This document shows positions 52,403-62,365 of a stretch of DNA of 64,000 nucleotides, piece after piece. The translations under genes were made by a program, and so were the position numbers. Under the pieces are notes generated by a model, which saw only the letters and a program-made list of their open reading frames with translations, was not told the DNA's origin and made no database searches. This DNA is from Ylistrum balloti (lineage: Eukaryota), in assembly GCF_031769215.1 (NCBI RefSeq), contig NW_026782110.1, forward strand, positions 372,001 to 436,000. The letters are read 5' to 3'. Within the stretch, counting starts at the first letter, position 1. Each line of letters starts with the position of its first letter.

Positions 52403-52446
52403 GAATTACTGACGAGTCCTGGAAGGACGAAACAACTGTATAATGC
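52403..52446 (+). ncRNA. Minimal type I hammerhead ribozyme motif with intact core and GUA cleavage triplet
   Basis: GAAUUA CUGACGA GUCC-UGGAA-GGAC GAAAC-AACU-GUA UAAUGC; predicted cut 3' of A52440; stem I pairs 5 of 6. Confidence 0.8.
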
Positions 52447-52772
52447 AGTTTATATCATTCGTTGACTCAATTGTATCTAAATTTGTATTAAATGGTGCTA
52501 TTCACGTTCGTATCTTTTGTACTTTCATCATATTATTAACATACCAATAGGAAGCAAATTTACCGTATTGTCTTAACAAAAACAATGCATGGTTAGATAG
52601 TGTACCTTGAAATTGATAATGCATTTAAACCCGGATTGAAGGTAACCGAAACTGTAAACTGTATTTTGTTGTATTCAACTTTCCCGTTGTATGTTAAGAG
52701 GTAGTATAACAACACAGCTGACCACGAAAACTAAGAATAGATACACAGTAGGCCTTGATAATTTATCAAACT

Positions 52773-52816
52773 GCATCACACAGTTGTTTCGTCCTTCTAG
52801 GACTCTGCAGTGATGC
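52773..52816 (-). ncRNA. Degenerate hammerhead ribozyme motif (core CUGCAGA, GUG triplet)
   Basis: GCAUCA CUGCAGA GUCC-UAGAA-GGAC GAAAC-AACU-GUG UGAUGC; flanks align with the 35095 copy. Confidence 0.7.
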
Positions 52817-52891
52817 TTAGAGCCTGCTCACTGTTACATGGGAGGCGACTGTAAATGATCCAAAATGGTCGAATGACATTAAAAAATCGGA

Positions 52892-53016
52892 TGCGGGTGT
52901 TCTTATCTCAAAATTCAATACATTTCCAAATTCTTAATATTGATATCAAAAGGAAGAGTAGATTTCAATATTAAGAATTTGGAAATGTATTGAATTTTGG
53001 GATAAGAACACCCGCA
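52892..53016. repeat. 125-bp foldback (51-bp stem, one mismatch); MITE-like or hairpin RNA
   Basis: GCGGGTGTTCTTATCTCAAAATTCAATACATTTCCAAATTCTTAATATTGA pairs with TCAATATTAAGAATTTGGAAATGTATTGAATTTTGGGATAAGAACACCCGC. Confidence 0.92.
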
Positions 53017-54332
53017 ATATACCATTCAACATTTCCGCTGTCCTTGGTCCTGCGCCCTTTATACATCAAGTGTCTCCTTGTCACAAATCGTTTTTGATTC
53101 TCATATTAGATGGCGACAATAAAAAAATTATCAAATCATGTGGCAATGCAGGAAAATTGGGCACTTAGGGTGCATGAATGAAACATAATTGTCGTGATAT
53201 TGTACTGAAGGAACTCAAATCATATGTTGAACCAACGTATTTGGTGTATGTGTGTGTTTGATATAGTTATCTTGTGTACGAATGTGTATTCAAAAACCGT
53301 ATATGACAATAGTAAAAAAGGAACATTGATCAGATATAATAAACAGTGACGATTGTATTGTAGAATTGACAATGCTTCTTTGTTTACTAGGTATCAGTGA
53401 TTTGCTTATTTATCACTGTCATTTAAATCCCAGAAGGTCGTATTTGACAATAGCTTCCCAGCTGAAGTCTTACCTGTCAGTTACCTTAAACAAAAATCAC
53501 CAGCTTGTCATTTAAACCGTTGAACATTTGACATTCGAAGGTAAAGGACCCCTTTGTATTTAAATATAGTATTGATAAACATTCACAAGGAACGATAGAA
53601 AAATAAATAACTATTTTTTTCAATCATTTTTTTATATGATAATGCACAGGTATTTCAAGTTATGGTTTGACATTCCTTACAAATTTTATGTGAACTTTGT
53701 GGTTAATATATTAGCGACAAGCAAGCGAAAGTCCCAAGCATACCCTCTAGGTGATATATTTACGTGACGTAACTCAGTATTACGTATTGTATTTTGCAGT
53801 TTGCTTGTAATAAATTGTCATTATTTATTGATAAACTGCGTATAAATGCTACTACATTTGCGTGTATAGCTTTGTGAATCGATGGTGAAACAAAGACATT
53901 TCGGCATGTTTAATCCACACGTAACGTGTTGAAATAATCAACACTTGAATACGGAAATTAGTCACATATTTCAATACTTCGATGGAGTATTGTCTAAACT
54001 TATTTGATCTTTATCTTTGTATTCAGAACACGTGACCATTGAAATGAACTGTACAGTGATATATAATAGATCGCTTTGAAATGTTAAAACGTGACGATTA
54101 AAGGATAGTATTGATCACTCTGAAGTTTCATATACTCATATGAAGATAAATATGTATGTCACTGTGTAATAAATATACCTATTCTCTGTTTGCAGACTTG
54201 TTGAGTTCTCCACGCTGGTCAATGATGCGGAAACAATCAGAATAGAAGAATGGTGACATTGCCAAACGTGAACCTGGAGACAAGTTGGACAATGGCGCCG
54301 TTCTGTTACAGGATCCACTAGAGTAAACACCA

Positions 54333-55643
54333 ATGGAGGAAGTCAATACTCCGAGACTTCCCGAGATCAACCGGGGATTTCGGGTCGGTGGTGTATCACC
54401 AGCTCGTGAGCCGCCAGGTAGGAGCTGGGCTCGTATCAGAACCTACTTGATCGACAATCCCAAGGATGAGGACCTCAAACGACGCCAGGAGATCTGGAAC
54501 TATCAGCAAAAGAATCGAGGTGTCGTCAAATCATTGATGAAATCCATGCCAAATGTTCCATATCGAGTTAAAAAACCAAGAATGGAAAAAATTAAAAGGT
54601 CCACCAGAGGTGGTGCTGGACTGAATCATTTAGGTGGAGACGCTGAAAACGGACTTCATGGCGTTCATCTTCCGAGAATTGAAAGGAACAGAGAATCTCC
54701 AACCAGGCGTCACAACTTACAACGAGATATTCCCATGATAGACAGGAATGACGTTACAGATAATAACGAGCTAGTGAAACAACGACTTACCTACAAATAC
54801 ACAGAATGTGATGGTGTACCAGTATACGAAGTGGAGACAGAGGTAGTCCCACCAAGGTTTCCACGATTACCAGACACAGTGCTACGTGGACCAAAAAATG
54901 GAAAGATGTTCTCTCCTGGTAAGAAAGTGTCATTTTCTCTAAATGATTTATCTTCTATTGAACGGAGAGTGGAGATACGAGGATCTTCTGCTTCGTCGTC
55001 GTCTGCTTCTAGTGTAGTCTCTGACGGTGCTCTGGGAAGTTACGGGCCGAGCAGCCACCATATTGGACCAGACGCTCCAAAGTCTGTTTGGGACTATTTA
55101 AACGGTAATCAGTTTGGGGATAGTATGGCTATTGGTACAGGATTATACGGTCAAAAAAGATCCAAGATAACAAGTGATATTGAAAGAACACATGAATCCA
55201 AAGCTGACCGAGAGTGGTTCGAGAAAGTGATAGGTGATAAAGAGGTAATCAATACAACAAACTATGAAAATTTCGCGAGAACAAAGCCGATAGTTGATCA
55301 CTTTAACCAGGGTCCACCACCGCCGCGACGTTTACCACCAAACGAACTGGCGTCAATGCGAAACAGGACCCAAAACTATGGAATTTCGTCGAATGTTCAG
55401 TTAGCTAAAAAACCTCTTCCTTCAGTGCAATCGTCTCCACGTTCTCCGATAGGACTTAACATAGCAACAAAAACACCTGTGCTTTCGCCTACTGGAAGCG
55501 TGGGATCATATTTTCCCGTTTTCTCTCGGGATGGTTCACCGATGAGAAAAATTGGAGGAGCAAAAAAACAAAAGCTACAAAGTTTAGCACCTGTTAAACC
55601 TCCTCCTTCTATGACTCCTACAAAATCGAATACGGCGGAATGA
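54333..55643 (+). CDS. Gene C: uncharacterised 436-aa Ser/Pro/Arg-rich, probably disordered protein
   Basis: 1311-nt non-repetitive ORF, GC-richer than its flanks; CCAATGG start with an in-frame TAA at 54324; exon acceptor CTCTGTTTGCAG| at 54195; AATAAA at 55834. Confidence 0.88.
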   Translation: MEEVNTPRLPEINRGFRVGGVSPAREPPGRSWARIRTYLIDNPKDEDLKRRQEIWNYQQKNRGVVKSLMKSMPNVPYRVKKPRMEKIKRSTRGGAGLNHLGGDAENGLHGVHLPRIERNRESPTRRHNLQRDIPMIDRNDVTDNNELVKQRLTYKYTECDGVPVYEVETEVVPPRFPRLPDTVLRGPKNGKMFSPGKKVSFSLNDLSSIERRVEIRGSSASSSSASSVVSDGALGSYGPSSHHIGPDAPKSVWDYLNGNQFGDSMAIGTGLYGQKRSKITSDIERTHESKADREWFEKVIGDKEVINTTNYENFARTKPIVDHFNQGPPPPRRLPPNELASMRNRTQNYGISSNVQLAKKPLPSVQSSPRSPIGLNIATKTPVLSPTGSVGSYFPVFSRDGSPMRKIGGAKKQKLQSLAPVKPPPSMTPTKSNTAE

Positions 55644-56279
55644 CGAATTTGTGTTCATAGAAATTATTTATTGGGATATATTGTAGGTGAGGGAGTATTC
55701 TACAGAGACTAAACGTTGATGTGATGCGATTGGTGCGTGTTAACCAATAAGAATGACAACAATTAATCGGATAATGTCGTAATTTGTGTGCCCTTTGTGG
55801 TCGTTCCACATGCTGGCATCGCACTACCGATTTAATAAATAAGAATATACATCACGTATCCACTGTTTGTCGTAATCCGATATTGTTCAGTAAGTTTTTA
55901 CAGCAACGTCGTTCTAATGGAGTCACGATAGACTAATTGCATGCAAAGAATATCGCAATTGTTTGTTATTTTGGGAATAATAAGTTCAGATAGAACCAGT
56001 TGCGGTAATATAAACACTGGCGTATTTGATTTATCTGTCCTGTTGCTGAGTGGAACAATTCTGCAGTGTATTTTACATGACTTTTTATTTATCTGACTGA
56101 CATATCATTTATATCCCTTTTCAAAGAGACAATTGAACGAAGAAGTTATTTAGTGCTACGGAGAGAGTTTATTATGTAAGTCACCTATTTGTCCATTTCC
56201 TGTGTATTTTCCTCTTTACAACTGTTAACTCTTCACGTTATCTAGTCACAGCTGTGGTACTGACCGCGAGAAGGCTTAA

Positions 56280-56810
56280 AGGGATATTCCGCACAAGTTA
56301 AGAAGATGCCTTTGAAGAAAACTGTACAATTTCATCTACTTCTGATTTTATGGAAATCCTACACCTAAAATTACCATTAATGTAAACACATGATATATGA
56401 TTTGCAGAAATTCTTGATAGATCTTGCTAGATCGATTTACAAACGTTTGCACGACCCTGATTGTGTCATAACAGGTTTGCATGGCTATTAGCCGAACAGA
56501 ATGAAGTACTTTTGTAAATTATAACATCAACAGAAAATAAGACTTATGAAATAATGAAATTGCCACTCCAACAGAAATTTTGGTAAACAAGATAAACATT
56601 TGTGTATCTATTCAATACTCTGTATAAAATCTATGATCCAGTGACCTTTCAGTTCCGGATTTCTCACTATATTTAAACAGTTTGGTTTGGAGTATTCCCA
56701 ACCATTTCGCTTGTCTTAACTGGCTAATGCTAACAATAATTTAAAAACAACAACATTAAAATGACTTCTTTAAAGGTACAAAACAGCCATATATTTTGCA
56801 GACTATCCCT
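56280..56810. mobile_element. Kolobok-like MITE (TTAA TSD, AG...CT termini)
   Basis: TTAA|AGGGATATTCCGCACAA ... TTTGCAGACTATCCCT|TTAA; about 17-bp imperfect TIR. Confidence 0.75.
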
Positions 56811-57030
56811 TTAATCAGAGAACATATTGTAATAAATGGTCTTACTTGTTATCTTTTTCTTGTTCAATCTCTTCGAAAATAGCACATTTCAGATTGGCTA
56901 TGTGATAGTTTGGTGAAATGTGATAGACAATTCTGTAGCGGTCCATGGATCGTTGTGCATTATACAGGTTAATCATGTTATGTTATTACCACAGCTGTTC
57001 AAACAGCTATTAACGAAACGTTTAAATGTT

Positions 57031-57238
57031 TACCTGTAAGTAATGACACATGTTGTATATGTTTTACTGGTTATCAGTGACACGTAATATAATTGTTATA
57101 TCTGATGTACCTGTAAGTAATGACACATGTTGTATATGTTTTACTGGTTATCAGTGACACGTGTTATAATTGTTATATCTGATGTACCTGTAAGTAATGA
57201 CACATGTTGTATATGGTTTACTGGTTATCAATGACACT
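57031..57238. repeat. 77-bp tandem repeat, about 2.7 copies
   Basis: TACCTGTAAGTAATGACACATGTTG... starts at 57031, 57108 and about 57185. Confidence 0.92.
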
Positions 57239-57939
57239 AACTGTATTCATTATAGTGATGAACCGGTATTAAAATAACACATGAGGGTTACAAATGACAA
57301 GTGCAATTTTGCCGGTTTTAACTATAATAAACGACACGTGCTTTGATACGTTATTATTCTGGTAATTTTTGTAAGTTTTTCATAATTCGTTGTTTTAATG
57401 TCTAAATTTATCATTCCTTGTTGTGTGATACAGTAACAAGTGTCACATGTTGTACTTGTCACGTGCTGTGATTGTTTGTGTATAACAGTACATGTTGTTA
57501 TATTAATTACATAATGTTGTAACACTAGGTTGTCTAATTTTAAACTACCGTTTGTCTTTCATTAAATAAACACGTTATTTATTATCTATTACATGGTTTT
57601 CTCATTTCAATTTGTGTTAGCCATGAAAGTCATTGGCATTATACTGTTGACATATTGAAGATTGTGCGTCTAGTTTATTTGGGTACGAGTCATTCCTCTA
57701 TCAATACGATACTGCTAATATGATTCTTTTAAAGACAGACATATGGTTAAAGTTTAACAAAAGTAAGAGAAAATGAGAAGGATCTCACATAGATATAACC
57801 CTACCAATACATAATTACTTGTAACTTGATGGTGTGATGTTTCGGTGGATTTATTTCATACGTTCATGAGACATGTATTACCTGAGCTTTGCAGAGATAT
57901 ACGAACGGCACAGAAAAAAAATCATCTGACGTTTAATCA

Positions 57940-58650
57940 GTTTAGTCATCCTGTTTCGTCCGCCGTCATCTGCCGTCCGCTGTTAATACTTCACATTTCC
58001 CAAGTTCCACAGATTGATATAAAGCATAAATGATCCTGAGATGGTGCTTCTTATTTTTCCGAGCTAGTCCAAAACTGTCGATTGCCACCGTGGCCGCCAC
58101 CTTGAAAATTGAATTTTAAAACTCTTCTCAAAGTCTGCCGGTTGTATTAAACTGAAGATTCGTGGCAATGTTAAAGAAAGGAACCGAACAATATGGTCTG
58201 ATTTTTTGGTCTAATTAAAAGATAAATATGGCAGCCACGGGGGAAATTTTGTAACATGATGGCGCAATCAAGGTTGATCTCAAACTTACCTGTGAAGATC
58301 ATAGTATTCTGATTGTGTTCTTAAGGTCCATTATCAAAGATTGCCGCTATCTAGAAAAAAATAGCCAAAACTTCTTCTTAATTACATTAGTGCCATTCAG
58401 CTGACAATTTTAATGGGATACTAAGAAAAGACTCCTCTTCAACTTCGACGTGACAGCTATGGCGGTTATTTAACAACATGATTGCATAATTATGCCTTTT
58501 CATCAAGAACAATTATTTTTAAATTTTTCGAGTTCCACCCGTTGGATTCAGCTCAAACTTACCTGAATGGTCATGAGAAAGTCCCGACCAAGTTTATTTA
58601 TTTTTTCGCCTTGATTAAAAATCGTAGATAGCCACCATCTCTTTAAAAAA
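57940..58650 (+). mobile_element. Degenerate HINE with BIV160/Cg170-like satellite core
   Basis: TTTAGTCATCCTG followed by (CGTCCGCCGTCATCTGCCGTCCG) microsatellite, then degenerate GATGGCCGCC...CATCTTGAAAA and CTCAAACTTACCTG modules. Confidence 0.5.
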
Positions 58651-59586
58651 ACATATAAAATGTGGAGATATTGATCTGAACACTGTTGTTATCTTGTCAT
58701 CTTAACTTCTAATATATGAGAATTGTTTAGATGTTACGTTGCCTTTATATGACCGTATGGACTCATAGGCCACTTGTCTTTAGATAAAATTCTTCGCTAA
58801 GTGTTTTTGCCTGTTACTTCAGGTTCTACAAGGTAAGAATAGTTCTGAATCAGCTTTTCGTGACATTAAAGGTTAAAATAGCGTTAATGCGAACAAAAAA
58901 TGTAATTATGACATCATGAGTTTCATCGAGGAGATTTAAGATGAAGGACTGTCTTTAAGCCATTGACGACAGCAGAGTTTCTAGGACGATACAGAATTGT
59001 TAACGATCTCACTGAGATATATTCTGTTTATTTGTGCGATATAAAGCTGGACGTTTTCGATGCTAAGGATGCCTATTGGTTCTGTTTTGTATACTCTGTT
59101 CTTATTTGAAACATAACATTACTTACTTGGATTCGGGAAGATTTACATGGCGAGTGTCGTCGATGAAGCAGTAGATTATTCAGGAGCATCTGGTCTTATT
59201 CTCTTTGCTCTTGTCACAAGACTTAGTGTAAATCTTCATTCTTCCATATTTTCCCTAAATCTTATTGAATTCAAGTTTGAATTAACGAGCCGGCATTTTC
59301 TTTTGATGTCCTAAGATAAAAGGTCGTTTTCGTACAGAATTGTAACTATTTGTATAATCGACTATGTAGCAATAAAATCTAGCGTAAAAACATCAACGTA
59401 ACGCCTGACTGTATCTTGTGAAGAATGACTTAAAAACAGCTTTAGAACAACTTGACACTTCTAATATGATACTTATTTAAAGCGATGCCAAAAACAATGC
59501 CGACTTGTTTACAAAATCTAAAATAATTTAACAATGGCACAAAAAATAGAACAAAAGGAAGATTGACATGGAGACCGATGAAAATG

Positions 59587-62040
59587 TACAAGGACTAGGT
59601 GTTTCACACAGGGAAGCCATATGTTCTCACGAAATACTGATACAAGGACTAGGTGTTTCACACAGGGAAGCCATATGTTCTCACGAAATACTGATACAAG
59701 GACTAGGTGTTTCACACAGGGAAGCCATATGTTCTCACGAAATACTGATACAAGGACTAGGTGTTTCACACAGGGAAACCTTATGTTCTCACATAATACT
59801 GATACAAGGACTAGGTGTTTCCCACAGGGAAGCCATATGTTCTCACGAAATACTGATACAAGGACTAGGTGTTTCACACAGGGAAGCCATATGTTCTCAC
59901 GAAATACTGATATACGAACGGCACAGAAAAATACAAGGACTAGGTGTTTCACACAGGGAAGCCATATGTTCTCACGAAATACTGATACAAGGACTAGGTG
60001 TTTCACACAGGGAAACCTTATGTTCTCACATAATACTGATACAAGGACTAGGTGTTTCACACAGGGAAGCCATATGTTCTCACGAAATACTGATACAAGG
60101 ACTAGGTGTTTCACACAGGGAAGCCATATGTTCTCACGAAATACTGATACAAGGACTAGGTGTTTCACACAGGGAAGCCATATGTTCTCACGAAATACTG
60201 ATACAAGGACTAGGTGTTTCACACAGGGAAACCTTATGTTCTCACATAATACTGATACAAGGACTAGGTGTTTCACACAGGGAAGCCATATGTTCTCACG
60301 AAATACTGATACAAGGACTAGGTGTTTCACACAGGGAAGCCATATGTTCTCACGAAATACTGATACAAGGACTAGGTGTTTCACACAGGGAAGCCATATG
60401 TTCTCACGAAATACTGATACAAGGACTAGGTGTTTCACACAGGGAAACCTTATGTTCTCACATAATACTGATACAAGGACTAGGTGTTTCACACAGGGAA
60501 GCCATATGTTCTCACGAAATACTGATACAAGGACTAGGTGTTTCACACAGGGAAGCCATATGTTCTCACGAAATACTGATACAAGGACTATGTGTTTCAC
60601 ACAGGGAAGCCATATGTTCTCACGAAATACTGATACAAGTACTAGGTGTTTCACACAGGGAAGCCATATGTTCTCACGAAATACTGATACAAGGACTAGG
60701 TGTTTCACACAGGGAAACCTTATGTTCTCACATAATACTGATACAAGGACTAGGTGTTTCACACAGGGAAGCCATATGTTCTCACGAAATACTGATACAA
60801 GGACTAGGTGTTTCACACAGGGAAGCCATATGTTCTCACGAAATACTGATACAAGGACTAGGTGTTTCACACAGGGAAGCCATATGTTCTCACGAAATAC
60901 TGATACAAGGACTAGGTGTTTCACACAAGGAAGCCATATGGTCTCACGAAATACTGATACAAGGACTAGGTGTTTCACACAGGGAAGCCATATGTTCTCA
61001 CCAAATACTGATACAAGGACTATGTGTTTCACACAGGGAAACCTTATGTTCTCACCAAATACTGATACAAGTACTAGGTGTTTCACACAGGGAAACCTTA
61101 TGTTCTCACATAATACTGATACAAGGACTAAGTGTTTCACACAGGGAAACCTTATGTGCTCACATAATACTGATACAAGAACAAGGTGTTTCACTCAGGG
61201 AAACCGTATGTTCTCACTAAATACTGATACAAGGACTAGGTGTTTCACACAGGGAAGCCATATGTTCTCACGAAATACTGATACAAGGACTAGGTGTTTC
61301 ACACAGGGAAGCCATATGTTCTCACGAAATACTGATACAAGGACTATGTGTTTCACACAGGGAAGCCATATGTTCTCACGAAATACTGATACAAGTACTA
61401 GGTGTTTCACACAGGGAAGTCATATGTTCTCACGAAATACTGATACAAGGACTAGGTGTTTCACACAGGGAAACCTTATGTTCTCACATAATACTGATAC
61501 AAGGACTAGGTGTTTCACACAGGGAAGCCATATGTTCTCACGAAATACTGATACAAGGACTAGGTGTTTCACACAGGGAAGCCATATGTTCTCACGAAAT
61601 ACTGATACAAGGACTAGGTGTTTCACACAGGGAAGCCATATGTTCTCACGAAATACTGATACAAGGACTAGGTGTTTCACACAAGGAAGCCATATGGTCT
61701 CACGAAATACTGATACAAGGACTAGGTGTTTCACACAGGGAAGCCATATGTTCTCACCAAATACTGATACAAGGACTATGTGTTTCACACAGGGAAACCT
61801 TATGTTCTCACCAAATACTGATACAAGTACTAGGTGTTTCACACAGGGAAACCTTATGTTCTCACATAATACTGATACAAGGACTAAGTGTTTCACACAG
61901 GGAAACCTTATGTGCTCACATAATACTGATACAAGAACAAGGTGTTTCACTCAGGGAAACCGTATGTTCTCACTAAATACTGATACAAGGACTAGGTGTT
62001 TCACACAGGGAAACCTTATGTTTTCAAGAAATACTGATAC
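59587..62040. repeat. 54-bp minisatellite, about 45 copies, with higher-order structure and one 21-nt insertion
   Basis: Unit ACAAGGACTAGGTGTTTCACACAGGGAAGCCATATGTTCTCACGAAATACTGAT; 216-bp and 756-bp higher-order periods. Confidence 0.97.
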
Positions 62041-62094
62041 TGGACATATCCGATCATATCAAAGCAAACATAGTGTGTTGGAATTTTCTGTCTT

Positions 62095-62365
62095 AAAGTA
62101 GAACATTTACGATACGGAAATCATACAGCTTGGCGTCCATGTTGGTTTTACGGTAGGGAAAGGGATAAGAAGCTGATGTAGATGAGTGTGTTGTGTCTTT
62201 GATTTCTAATTCTGATATATACAATGTTCAGTGGGCAATAAATCTCATTGTTACTTACAGACACCACATCATCAATATATCGACCACTGAAATTGAGTAC
62301 TCTGCAAGGCGTTTATAACCTGTTTTTATCAACTTTTTGATGAATTCAACAAGTATTGTTAATGC
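62095..62365 (-). mobile_element. Degenerate Penelope-like element reverse transcriptase fragment
   Basis: With frameshifts the minus strand reads EFIKKLIKTGYKRLAEY/NFSGRYIDDVVSVSN...SELEIKDTTHSSTSASY...KLYDFRIVNV, matching the Penelope RT pattern RYIDD...ELEIKDTTES..SASYLD...YDKRDDFNF.I.N. Confidence 0.75.

Noticed and set aside
53760-53772. TTACGTGACGTAA palindromic bZIP-like site upstream of gene C
   Set aside because: A single short motif with unknown TSS; insufficient to call a promoter.
59587-62040. CRISPR-like array (regular repeats with one spacer-like insert)
   Set aside because: Units are contiguous with no unique spacers, there are no cas genes, and the context is eukaryotic.
59518-62101. 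550-826 aa periodic ORFs on both strands
   Set aside because: Products of a stop-poor 54-bp unit; open in several frames at once, with no unique flanking domain or splice support.
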